Assembly: GCA_039545335.1 (NCBI GenBank)
Contig: BCIN01000007.1
Span: forward strand, 806,001-870,000
Direction: 5' to 3'
Source of the DNA: Kondoa subrosea
Taxonomy: Eukaryota
Length of the DNA stretch: 64,000 nucleotides
A program made the position numbers and the translations under genes. Positions 1-12,552 of the stretch are shown here, piece after piece. The notes under the pieces are model-generated. The model was given only the letters and a program-made list of their open reading frames with translations, was not told the origin of the DNA and made no database searches. How positions within the stretch are numbered: position 1 is the first letter of the stretch; each line of letters begins with the position of its first letter.

Positions 1-1407
1 GCTGATTTGGTACCCTTTTCAATAGTGGTCTTGGATCTTCGTAAGTCCTTAAGGCCGGGATTTTACTTTGGCTTATGTTTTGGGCGTCACACAGATCATT
101 CTAGGTGTTGCGACTGTAGCAATCGGTTCTCTTTCTTACTGGCTCACCTATGATTTCCCTGAAACCGCTACTTTCCTAACTCAACGTGAAAGGGTTGGTC
201 TCCCCCCTGTTTGCCGAAGACACGTTACTGACATGTTGTAAAGGAATATCAAGTCGCTAGACTAAGATTGGATGGCCAACAAACGGGCATGAAATCTCAC
301 CTTACCTGGAAGGGAGCTATGAGTGCTCTCTTCGACATTCGTGAGTGCAAACAGTTGCTCTGCTTTTGTCTAAATTCACCCTCTCTATCTCTAAGGGACT
401 TTACTCTTTGGTAAGCCAAATATCATTATTGGTCGTCTCGCTCATCTCGTATGGAATAGCTATGGTATACGTGTTAGTCCAGTCAATTCGGGGAATGGTT
501 CAGCAGCTGATCTATACACCACGCAGCGGAGCTGATATGCCCCTTTATGCCTTCTCTCTCTTCACCCCGACCATTGTTCAAGGATTGGGTTTCCGAAACC
601 GCAACATCGCAAATTTGGTCAGTGTGCCCATATATGGTTAGTGCATTTAAAGTAACACGAAAGAATCAACCTCTAATGCGAAGGGTTTACAGTACTTGCG
701 TGTATCGTCACCATCTGCGTCGGTATCCTCGCAGACAGAACAGGAAGACGTGGTCTAATCAATCTCGGCGGCTTCGCGGTCGGCATCACGGGTTATATCA
801 TTCTGATCGCATCTCGCAACTTTGGGCTGTCATATTTCGCAACTTATCTGGCTGCTTGCGGTATATATCCTATGATCGCGTATGTTTGACTGATATACAC
901 GTCGATCTTGCTCATTGTCTCCAAAGAAACACGGTCGCCTGGACAGCCAATAACATCGATGGACAATACAGAAGATCAATTATTCTTGGTGTGGTGATCG
1001 CTTGGGGAAATGTAAATGGTGCAGTCAGTAGTAACGTCTACTTCGCGAAAGATAAACCATGGGTTCGTCTGTTGAATTTGCGTCTGGCATTAAGCTAAAG
1101 TTGCTATGTAGTATCGACTTGGCCACGGTCTTGTGTTACTGTACCTCTGCCTAGGATTCATCTTCACTGGTCTCTTCATATTGTACGCCAGAAGAGAGAA
1201 CGCGCGAAGAGACAACGGGCACGCCAAAGAAATCATTGGCGGAGAGCGTCCTGCAGACGGATTGACAAAGGACGGCAAGCTCTGGTTCGCTACGGAAGAT
1301 GAAGCTGTACGTGCTAGACTTTATTTGGATTTGAACGTGTGCTCACGATCTTTTTTCAGCGAGTTGCTTTGGGCGACGAGTGGTCAGGATTCAGATACAC
1401 TTACTAG
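1..1407 (+). CDS. MFS transporter, allantoate/nicotinate permease (Dal5/Tna1-like) family; 5' part lies outside the window; multi-exon
   Basis: Exon translations include WIF..IILGVATV..DFPETATFLT, YAFSLFTPTIVQGLG, AWTANNIDGQYRRSIILGVVIAWGNVNGAVSSNVY, RRENARRD and the typical end GDEWSGFRYTY* (TAG 1405-1407). Confidence 0.85.
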
Positions 1408-1510
1408 AGTAGACTACCTCTTGCTCGTTCGTCAAATGTAGATAGAATGTATGTCAAGATCTGTGCCTATATAACAACTGTGCAAGGTATAATGGGTCAC
1501 TTTACAAATT

Positions 1511-4500
1511 TTACCAATCATCATCCTCCGGCACTTGCGATGGTTTCTTATCTTCATCACTATCGTTCTCCGCGTCTGCCTGCGCCTTCGCATATAAACG
1601 GTCCATATACTGTTGAGACTTCCTGAAAGCATTGTCAAATGCGATGCTAGTTCGGAATGTAGAAAAACGTACTGCGAATCGGTAAGTTGAGGACCCGCAG
1701 CAATCTTTGACTGCGTGTTGACTTTTGCCTGGGTAAGAGGAGCTTGAGATACTGCAGCAACACGTCAATTGAACTTCACAAAGCTGAATTACCAGACGTA
1801 CGCAAAGGCAAATCATTGGTATTCATGCTCAAGAACTCCCTACTTCCATCATGGCCTTGTAGCCAATCTGAAGCCGATACAGCTGCATGCTCCACATCTA
1901 TAGTGACAGGATAGACATCGTCTTGGAAGAATTCGAGCTGGCGAGATTGATCAGCTCGAGAAACACAGTATAAAACGGGTCGCTTGCCCGCGCGCGCGGT
2001 ATACTGAAGGCCACTCTTTCTATCGTAGCTGCAGTAAGACGATATGCCACATTGACCTCGACTTTGCTCGTATCGACGCATCTTTTGGGCAAGAATGCAA
2101 AGCCCAATTGTAGACTATTGTGCTCGAAGGAAGGCAGCTTGGCAAATTGGTCTTTCTCTTGATCCAGCTTGAGCTCGAAGCAAAGACATGTTCTTTCACC
2201 TTTAGCATACATATACAGGATAGACGTATCGGGATCAAAGAACGGGAATAAAGGTGCAGGCGAAACGTCTAGGAGATGTCGACTTGTAATTTTGAGCTCA
2301 TTATCGGCAAGAGTGTATAAAATGCATTCTCTTGTTGCGGTGCGGGAGAATCCAGTGGTCAGAAGATGAGTTGAGTCAAGCCATGTTAGTCGGACTAATC
2401 TAGGTGAATCGTGTAGCGGCGCAGAAATAGAATGAGCAGGCTTGCGCGGATCAAGAACGACTAGTTTCTTGTTCTTGCATGCGATGGCGAGTTGCGAACC
2501 TTCTGGATTCCATCGCGCTGTGAAAATCTTCTCGATGTATTCAGCATTGAACTGATCAAATTGCGTTGTATGACTTACACCAGCGCAATCAATAGGCACT
2601 GTGAGCAACATTTTCCCTGAAGCTATCTCCCATATGCGACAAGTCGGATTGCCTCGATCTTCGGACACAGACAGTAGCATACTTTGAGCTGATGGATGAG
2701 CTACCAATTCCGTGATCCGATCCATCTTCGAGTCTGCCATACTGATCAGCCATTGTAACCGCTGTCTCGGAGAACTTACCTGTCAGAGTTTGAGCAGCTT
2801 CGCTCAAATCATCACTCAAGCCGTTTCGAGGCACATCAAATACCCTAATTTTCGAATCATCACACGCTACTGTTACACGTTGAGGGTTGAATGGATCCAA
2901 TTCGAAAGCAGTTATGGTAGCTCCAGCAACCAAAGCAGGCAATTTAGGTGGAAAACGACCTTTCTTAGATATGGGATGGACAGCTAGTTTACCTCCAGCG
3001 CCTGACAAAGGGAAGACAAATAGTGAAGGATTGGCTTTCAAGAGAAGCATTTCAGGTGGAGTGACGGTAGCTAATCCGCTAAGACCTTCATAATCTGGTT
3101 TGAGAGGTGTTTTACCGATGAGAAAGTTTCGAGACCAGTGTACATCTGATTGAGGTATAGGTCGAACAATGCTTGCGGCTTTTGACGATGGATTTACACC
3201 AGATGCTGACGCAGGTGCGATTTTAGAGTCTGCTGGTTCGGCTTGCGTTTCGACAGAACGAGTTTGTAAATTGTGTGATGTGGTCTTATCAGTACTAAGG
3301 GCAGCTGTATTTGACTTTCCTGCACTTTGCTTGTTGCTGTCGACTGAAGGCGATGAAGATGGTAGTGCAGCCTTGGCGGCTGTCGAAGATGAATTGTCCG
3401 AAGCAAGGGGAGCTGATGATGTTTGTTTCGGGGCTTCTGCCTGTCTGTTTACTGAGTTGAGATCCATGTTTGACAGTCTCTTGATAATGGGCTTCTCTTC
3501 TTGTTTGGCCGGCGTGATGGATTTTGCGTGAGGCGAGCTTCGAGCAAGTCCGTTTTCAGAGATACTGACCAATGGCGCGAATTCTTCAGAGCCATTCAGC
3601 CACTCTTCCGCTGTAGAGCCAGGCTCTGGCATTGCAAATCATCAGTATGCTTTGTTGCGCAGTTTCACAATACATACCACGGCCAAGCACATCGGGATAC
3701 AGATCAGAATGGAAGTCCAAATATTGCCTTCGTGGTATATTAAGCGAAACAGGAACGATTGCGCCTTCTTTTGTTGAGATGTATAAGCGATTGATTTCGG
3801 TCTTCATGACTTGTAAGCAGCTAGCAGGTGCAAGAGCTGCTCCCAAGATAGGTACAGGTAAAGGAGAGCTCCCTTCAGTGAATGTATGCGAAGGCGAAAT
3901 TTCGGTCCATCGTAAATTCATGTCACCCTTCGCATGGTTCGATGAGCTGAATAGCAAGCTTTCGTCAGACATGACTTACCTTTCCTACTAGGTATACGAT
4001 ATCTCTTGAGTGATCTACGAGAGGGATGAGTGGGCCAGTATTGGTATCGACCCTTTGCGTGCGAAGAGCTTTTCCGAAGTTGCGTGAGTCGTAAATACTG
4101 TATTCCCTATCTCGAGTCTTTCCTTTCTCGTGAGATCAATACAGCGATCTGGTGCATCAGACCTACTCGAGAAAAGCCAGTGCTGAAGATCAGATTGCCT
4201 ACAGCAGCCAATTTAATTGGTTTGATGCCATTGTGATTGCTGGTTGTCGCGATAGCTGGTCCATCGCTTCTCGCATCCCATAGACTAATCATACCATCTT
4301 TAGACGCAGAGACAATGTTCTTGCCATCTGTTGTCCAGCAAGCGTCCCAGAAACCCTTTGGCCCAGCCGGCCAAGAATGCACGATCGAGGTTCCGCTGAG
4401 CAATGTGAGTTGCTGAGGAGACACCGCAAGTAGAAGATCGCTAGCATGAGGATGGAAAGCGAGACTCTGGGCTGCTTGAGGTAGTGTACAGCTCTGTGCT

Positions 4501-4992
4501 GCTGAAGGATCGGCTGGAGAAGATAGCGAGACCTACCTTAACCATTCAGCCATCTCCCAGAACGAAGGAAGAGATGATCATACCTTGCCATCTTCGAAAG
4601 CGACTGCTAGAGTCTCTTCGCCAAATGGAGATATACAGAAGTCCGCTATCGGTCCACCTAGGCTGATACTTGGTGCAGCTTGACCATGCTTCTTGCCTTC
4701 CGCACCGATAGGCAGCGTTATGAAACTGCCTAGAGGAACCCGATCAGACAATCAACATGCGTAATTGAAACAGCTGACCTTGGCTGGAAGATTTAGCGTA
4801 GACATGCGAAGAAGACGCAGCAACGCCTTGAGAATGATCAGAAACAGGGCCAACGGGCAATTCGGCCTGCCATTGGTCTCTCTATCGACACAACTCGTAA
4901 ATTAGCTCAAGCTCTTCTTGGATTACATTGACCACCTTTTCTGGACTTGCGACCTGATTCTTGTACAGTGAGGCTACTCTGAAAGCCGACAT
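1511..4992 (-). CDS. Tandem (double beta-propeller) coronin, coronin-7/POD-1 type; multi-exon
   Basis: Starts MSAFRVASLYKNQV. Two coronin units (PRRQYLDFHSDLYPD and IPRAR..EFFQDDVYPVT), WD40 motifs, a Ser/Ala/Pro-rich linker and an acidic C-terminus EDDDW*. Confidence 0.85.
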
Positions 4993-5255
4993 TGCAATAG
5001 AGAAGCAGATTACGCAGCCCTTAAGCGTGGTTGCAGGAGAAAGCTGGAGAATTGTATGCCATCCTCAAGTTCTGTCTACGATGTTTCTGGCAATTGCTAC
5101 GATACGGTATATGGATATTGGGCTTGACCATGCTCCGACTGTCCTAGAGGCTCCCAAATTGTCCATATGATCTCTACAGATATCAGAAATAATAGTGCGG
5201 AAATTCTCTTCATGTCTCCCTTTGTCGAGTTTGGGCTAGATTTGTTTCATAGATA

Positions 5256-5303
5256 TCTTCTTCTTTTCTTCTTCTTCTTTTTCTTCTTCTTCATCATCAT
5301 CAT
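5256..5303 (+). repeat. Imperfect (CTT)n/(TCA)n microsatellite, read as poly-Ser in the frame of the downstream ORF
   Basis: Seen directly: tcttcttcttttcttcttcttctttttcttcttcttcatcatcatcatc. Confidence 0.7.
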
Positions 5304-5335
5304 CCATTCTGTTCGATTTCCGCCTCCCCATCTCG

Positions 5336-5851
5336 ATGATCTCACCTCGGAAGCAAATCGGCTCCATTATGCCAAGAACTCCTGCATATCCCTACACCTT
5401 GTACAATACCCCTCACGACATTAATGAAAAGAATGGACGACACAGATACACTTTCAAGACCGACATCAGTTCAAAAGAATGTGAGCAGAATCTCGCACCT
5501 CAATCAATTGGCCTCGTCCCTAACGGGCTGATAGATTCGAATCTGCATCTTTTTCCTGCCGCTCCTACAGATTTCAAACTTCCCCATTGCAAGACTGTTG
5601 TGGACACTAATGGAGTCATCAGTCATCAGATTTATGCTTCGCTACATTCGGTGCTCAGCACGCAAGATGAGTATGCATTGAAACATTCCGATGGCAATTC
5701 GACCTGTAGAGTGCCCGATATTGCAAAGCATATCGAGATCCATCACAAGGCAGCCGCAGATACTATGGCAGCTGTTTTGCGTGGCACGTACAAAGCGCCA
5801 ATTTTGACCGACAAGAAGTACGGCAAAGGCTGGGCCGATAATCAAGTTTGA
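5336..5851 (+). CDS. Hypothetical protein; 5' exons probably lie upstream (~5056-5330) but are unresolved
   Basis: 171-aa open frame that stays open upstream through poly-Ser to a CATAG acceptor near 5252. No recognisable family motif. Confidence 0.45.
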   Translation: MISPRKQIGSIMPRTPAYPYTLYNTPHDINEKNGRHRYTFKTDISSKECEQNLAPQSIGLVPNGLIDSNLHLFPAAPTDFKLPHCKTVVDTNGVISHQIYASLHSVLSTQDEYALKHSDGNSTCRVPDIAKHIEIHHKAAADTMAAVLRGTYKAPILTDKKYGKGWADNQV

Positions 5852-5890
5852 GCGTATATTGAATTAGAGCTCCTCATCATTCATGCAACA

Positions 5891-6730
5891 CTAGGATTGT
5901 GCTATCACACTTTTCGTCTCTTGCCCAAATTGATCCTTCTTCTGAACCAGGCGTTTCACGGAGAGGTTATGCGATTTATACGATACGATGGTCCTATGGA
6001 GCAATTCAGATAGATAACAAAGAATGCAGACTTCCACTCACGCATAATTCAGGTTGAGCGTTCGCGAAACAGCATCCTTGAGTCTGTCTCTTTTCATCGT
6101 GTCTTTGTTCCAGACCTGCTCATACTAATCAAATCGCAGAATTATGGATGCGTGAAGGAGACGCACCGTTATCACATCTTCATCTTTCCGTATCGCGAGA
6201 GTGCATCCGCAGATATCGTTATTCGGGTCTTCCAAGCTTGGTTCTTCGTCTCTTCTGTTATAGCGCCTCGTCTCCAGACTCTCATCTATCAATCTTTCGC
6301 CAATCATGGCAAGTACCAATTCCTCCCATATCCTATCAACCATTTGCCCCTTCTTTAACCTAAGCAAACATTTCCCACCATTCGCATTAGCTTCATCTTC
6401 CCATGCTGGTCTTATCCCATTCTTGAAAAGATGATACTCTCTTCCTACTTGAGATTGAGTACTTCGTTTCAGATGAGAAAAGATTGACCAGAAATCTTCT
6501 ATAGTTGAAAACTTGGCTAAAGGTTTGATGAGCGATTCCCAATCTTCTGGAGATTTACTTGTGGAAGGTGAGCGATACGTTGTCGTTATTGTGTATTCGC
6601 ATTTGAGTGGATGTGTAGAACTTGATTCAGCTATAGAGGGAATAGAACGAGACGTAGAAGGAAGGGAAGCAGTGGTGGAAGACCAAGCGTTGCTAGCTGA
6701 GCGTTGTGGAGCAAGCGCAGTGTAGCTCAT
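5891..6730 (-). CDS. eIF4E-family cap-binding protein (class II/4EHP-like, divergent); 3 exons
   Basis: HPL..Y, FSTIEDFW, HLFKNGIRPAWEDEANANGGK, WEELVLAMIGE; exon 2 gives VWNKD and exon 3 YKSH...AQS* (stop 5891-5893). Confidence 0.9.
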
Positions 6731-7021
6731 GTTGTGCAATCAATTTTCTTGGAAATTGCTTGCAAATTTGTCCAAGAGGATGATGAGCGGCAAAAGTAGA
6801 CAGGAATGCAGTGTAATGGTATAATGATGCTTCGACTTGAATATGGTGTAGTCTGCTAGCCAAAAACTCCGCAATGGACGAATGAAAGCAAGCCAGAGAT
6901 GTTCTAAAATTTCGCAATGCGAAGAAGACTGGCTATATGACGCGTCGATGACCAGAAAAGGGTATAGAATGCTACATACATACATGCCAAAGGTATTCGA
7001 GTGAAACAACACGACTCTCAA

Positions 7022-9547
7022 TCATCTCTTGAGTAATCCGCTCAGTCCACTCTTCTCAGCCAGGGATTCGATTGCTATAGATACACGGTCATTGAGACAT
7101 ATAGAGCCAACATCAAGCGATTGACTTACGCAATCGGCTGAAAATTGAGTGTTCTGGTTCTTCCAGTCCTTCTTCTTCCACTTTCCGCTTGCAGTTCTCC
7201 AGCTGAGCCCAACTCATCAGCATTCTTTCAGCCATCTATTAGGCCAACTCACAATCTCGTTGACTTGCTTCCTGTCCAAGTCATCCCTAGCTTTCAATAA
7301 ATTACCGACAAATCCCAAATTTGCTCCATATTGTTTCGCAAAGGGCCAATAATCCAAAAAGAACATAGTCTTACTAGCTGTGATGAGTTTGAGTAATAGA
7401 TCCAAGACATTGAAATAGGCTTCCAGTTCGTTCCGATTTCGCTTGACGGTTGCAAAGAAGCCGAACGATTTCCTCACGTCTTCTCTAATCCGATCGGCTG
7501 CACCTGGTGATTTGAGTTTGCTTGCTCGACGTAAAGCAGTAAGGTAGGTGATAAGGAAAGTATCGATAATATCTTCGACCAATAAATCGAAAAGAGAAGA
7601 ATTGAGATGGGCTTGATAGTCACTCATATAATCTTGAATAGTTTCTACAATCTGAACCATTGGATCATCCACATACCAAGAATTGGTGAAGAGTAGTTTG
7701 GTTGCAGGTTTGAGATCATTGAAAATCAAGTCGATCAGGGTCTGGATACATTTCTTGGCTACATTCAGATAGCCATCCATAGCTTCGTTTAAACTTGAGT
7801 TGATCTGTATCCGGTATTTCTCGGAGACAATGGGTTCCAATTTGCCCAATAGAGCTTCCACGAAATCAGCAGATTTGACCATATCGTTTGCTAAAGCCAT
7901 AACGTATTCGACCAAACCACCAGGAACTTCTTCTGCTGTAGTTGTGGTTTGGCGTTTCATTTCAGAATCAATGACTTTGATCCAGGTGGTTTGAGTGTCC
8001 CTCATAGCTTTGGCACTTTCATCCACCACTCGAGCAAGAGCCATACCTTGACCTGAATCTGCTGCTGCGTCCGTTTGTTGATTGATCACTACATATAACC
8101 ACTTAGCAGTGGTTCAAGCAAAGGCGAACGTGGGAACCTACTATTGAACATGCTCACAGCGCCTTCCATTCCATACATATTGTCCGCATCTTCTTCAGGA
8201 GGTTTATCTCTCGTAGTAAACTCGGCAACTTCCAGCTTCATAATGTTCTCTGACCATTCCGTCATTTTGTCCACAATCAATTTCACATAATCCTCAATCA
8301 GATCTTGTTGTTTCCCATCCAATAATTTAGGTTGGAGCAACTCTTCGGGAATTTCTAGTTCTTTAGTCATTGCCGAAATGTATTCTTTGCAGAACTGTGC
8401 CAATCGCAATAGTGCTCCTGCACCTGGATTGGAAGCCACAAAGTCTTTGAGGAAATCATAGAGCGCTTTATGATAAGCTTTGATAAAGACGGAATAGATC
8501 TTCCAATCTGGTGGGAAACGAGCATCGAGTTGATCTTCTACTAGAATAAGGTCCTTGTAAATCCAGTCCAAGTTGTCCAAGAATTCCAAAGGATCGGCAA
8601 ACTTGTCTCGACAGCGAGCTAAAGCGGTTTTTGCTGATGTTTTGATCGCATCCATGACTTTGGCTCGATAGTGTTTAATCACTCGCTAATCAGGAAAGTC
8701 AGTTTCCCGTACATAGAGTAACAGTAGGATCTCTTACAGCATCTGCTTGCAATGACTTGAACTTGGAAGCTACATCTGCGCCAGTCCGCTTGACCAGTCG
8801 AATCGCAATCGCTTTCTCGTCCCTTCCGCCTTCAATCTCAGCTATTTTGGCTACTTTGACTGCTACCGTCGGGTGACCTGCTCTAGCTATCTCTAGAATA
8901 GTGCTGGCTAGATGTAGGTAATGGGATTCGAAAGACTATTATGGCTATTAGCGGGTCAGAGTAGAGCCGGTACGCCTACTCACTTCAAGTGTTCCTGCCA
9001 AACGATCAAAGTAACGGTCCAGTGTAGCCATAGTATCGTTGGAGGCTCTTTTGGCTTGTAAGACAGTCTCGTTACGGAAGGATTCAAGTTGAGTCAGATG
9101 GTAATGAATAGGCAAGAGATTCGGAGCAGGACCCAATGGATCAGCTCGATCTTGTTTGAGCATATCTTCAATGTAGTCGATCTTATCGTACATATCTCGC
9201 AATTGGCTGACCATTTCTAGCGTGCGAGTGAATTGACGATGAATCTTGGACACTTCGCCAATCTTGCCAAAACCATCAACATGTATTCTAGGATCTTCAC
9301 ATAACCGTTCCACATTGACTAGCTCTTCCCTAATCTCCCCTACAGTCACGCGAGTATCCATGAGTTTGGCCAAAGCATCTCTAGTGCTGTCCAGTTGATC
9401 TTTGGCTCCAGTTCTTAAGGACACTTCAAGCGAGTCCTGCTCTTGCTTCAATTTCCTCCGCAATCCAGCTATCTTGAGCAAATCATCAGGCGATTTCAAG
9501 GATTCAGCTATTCTCTGAGAAGGTGACAGCGAGATTGAGCCATTCAT
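7022..9547 (-). CDS. SEC6: Exocyst complex component Sec6; multi-exon
   Basis: LKSPDDLLKIAGLRRKL, PAPNLLPIHYHLTQLESFRNE, RFPPDWKIY, YVMALAND, LLKARDDLDR are characteristic of fungal Sec6. Confidence 0.9.
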
Positions 9548-9810
9548 CGTCAAAGCATGCCAGGTATCAAGAGCACCGTATCATCCACGTCTTGACAAGG
9601 GCTAAGGGGTATTCTGAGAAAAGGCAGCTGGTATAGACTTCGCTTGACAAGACCAACCTGTTTCCGAATTATTCAGCTCTTCCCCAGCTACGACGCCATC
9701 TTAATACTCGCGGTCCTTCGTGTATCTACTTGTCCAAATACTGTGACATAGATCTCTCTGTTCAGCTGTCTCCTCCGCTATTTTTGTTTCCGTCGCTTGA
9801 ATTCGCTAGA

Positions 9811-12180
9811 ATGGCCTTTTCGAATACATCTTCAGTAGACAGGATGAAGACTTTTGATTCCTTTACTACCAAAAGTCGGCGCGCAGTAGTATTCAGTACG
9901 TCTCTCTGTCAACATTTCACATGTTGCATCATTATTGACTTTTGGGCGCAAATAGGTACTAAAGGAATCGTATGCTTTATAGCTGACTTCGCCAAGAATT
10001 ACATCTGATCAGATCTAATAGGTCGCTACTTCTCAAACTCTGGCTTCAGAAGTTGGTCTGTCGATACTGAAAGCTGGTGGAAACTGTGCGGATGCTGGAG
10101 TAGCTGCAGCTGCTGCTTTAGCTGTCACGGAGCCTTCAAATTGCGGGTATGTCATCCTAATCTAGCAAACAAAACACACCTGATCCAAGAATATAGTATC
10201 GGGGGAGATGTCTTTGCCCTGTTTTACGACGCTTCTACTCAAACCGTACATGGCATAAACGGATCTGGTCGATCACCTGCTGCTCTCACACTAGCTAAAG
10301 GAAAAGAACTTGGCTTGTCTGAAAGAATCCCTCGAACCAATATCAATTCCGTTACCGTACCTGGATCAGCAGCTGCATGGTGTGATATACATTCTAAATG
10401 GGGTTCAGGAAAATTAAGTATGAAGGAAATTCTTGAACCTGCTATTCAATTAGCGGAAGAAGGGTTCCCTGTAAGCAGTATGGCAGCAGCAGAATGGAAA
10501 GGCGAAGTTCAGCATTTGAAAGACGCTAGTGAAGATGGTGTCAAGTTCTTGATTGATGGTCAAGCACCTAAAGCTGGTCAAATTTGGTCTAACCCTGATT
10601 TAGCTGGAATCTTCAGAGAGTTAGGTGAAAATGGGAAGAAAGGCTTCTACGAGGGAAGAGCAGCAAAGGAAATCGTCAAGCGTATGTATGATATACTCTA
10701 AACCTGATAATACTAATATTCATCGCAGTGATACAAGCGAAAGGCGGCGTCATGACAATGGAAGATCTGGCTTCGCACGAATCAGAATTCGTCGATCCTA
10801 CTTCCTACACATATGGATCAGAAGGCTTCACATTACACGAGTGCCCGCCGAACGGTCAAGGTCTGGTGGCTCTCATAGCTCTGGGCGTCATCGACTGCTT
10901 GCGAGAAGACGGTGTGGTTGATATCGAGCAACTCAAAGAAGGTTCAGCAAAATGGTACCATCTCCTGATGTGAGCGGCATGAATATAGTCTATTGGTGTA
11001 GACTGATTCTCGTGACAGTGAAGCGGTTCGACTAGCCTTCGCGGATGTGAGAACGCATGTTGGAGATCCGCAAAAGAGCAACATCCCAGTCAAAGAAATA
11101 CTTTCAAAGGTATAGGCTTGTAGTGCTCTGACTTCTCAGTGTGCTGACTGTAGCGACAGTCTTATCTTCGACAAAGAGCAAGCCTATTCAACAAGCAAAA
11201 GGCAGAAGCTCAATACCTACCTGGCGAGCCTTTTAAACATAGCGACACCGTTTGTGAGCTACCCTTTGGCTTAAAATTCTCCTGTACTGATCCATCAATA
11301 TTTTGTAGACTTCTGCGCCTCAGACGAACACGGCAATGCTATAAGTTTCATCATGTCTGTCTTTTCCGGATTCGGTACAGGAGCTGTACCTAAGGGCTGT
11401 GGCTTCAAGTGAGCTACTCGATCGCAGCATTCCATGGAGAATCTGATAGTGGGGACAGCCTCCAGAATCGAGGTTCCGGTTTCGTGCTTGATGAAGGTCC
11501 GAATGGCTTAGATGGAGGCAAGAGACCGTATCATACTATCATTCCTGCGTGAGTGCTTTCTTTGTGCTATGCAAATCCGGCTGAGATGTTTTATACAGGA
11601 TGGTCACCAAAGGCAAAGATTTATGCATGTCCTTTGGCGTAATGGGAGGCAATGCCCAGTAAGCAACTTATCTCTCAATACAGCCGTGTTCTGAAGCGTC
11701 TGGTAGGCCACAAAGTCAAGTACAAGTGTTGCTGTGGGTTGTATAGCTTCAGCAAATGGGTTCGCACTAAAATGCTGTCACAGGAATTACATACATCATG
11801 GTCATCATCCTCAATCGGCTCTAGACCAACCTCGTTTCCTCATAGGTCCGTTGAGTACTGCTTCTGGAACATCCAGTCCTAAGGCTTTGCTCGAAATGAC
11901 AGGTGGTAATGTCAGCTACGCAACATCAGGTAATAATGCCTTTTACAATGGTATCATCGCTTTAGAAGAAGGTATTCCTGAATCAGTGGTTGAAGAATTG
12001 AAAGCTCTTGGTCATAAAGTACAAGTCGTTTCTGGTTACGAGCGTATATCTTTCGGGAAAGGACAGATGATCTTGAAGACTGTGGACGTGAGAACTGGCA
12101 AGACTGTTTGGGCAGCTGGTTCTGATCCAAGATCAGATGGTGTTGCATTGCCCCTTTGCTTCTCTCCCTTTCCAGTGTGA
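9811..12180 (+). CDS. Gamma-glutamyltranspeptidase (soluble YwrD/LmbA-like type); multi-exon
   Basis: [39 protein letters not shown], catalytic Thr in [34 protein letters not shown]. Confidence 0.93.
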
Positions 12181-12552
12181 TTACTATTACAACGTGAAGA
12201 GAATAATGTTACAGTCTCCAGGTGTATACAACATGGCGAAAGCTTTCGATAGTTCTGCGCGATCGAATGGATGGGCTACACAAGATGCAAGTGAAACAAG
12301 GATCTAATGTCAATTCAAATGTAATCTTGTAGCAAGAAGAACCTCGAGAAAACCAAATGTATGATATAAGCGATACTGTCTTGAGCTCAGTGAGCTCTTC
12401 TGAGCACCTGCCAAAATGCACTTCGCCACTTTTTTTGACGACAGGAATCGCGCTTCCTACGCGTGATTTCCCTATTTTCTCTTCAAACACCGAGATATCC
12501 AGCTTGGAAGCGGAAAGAGTATACCCAGACTATAATACCTCACGCTTGCAGC

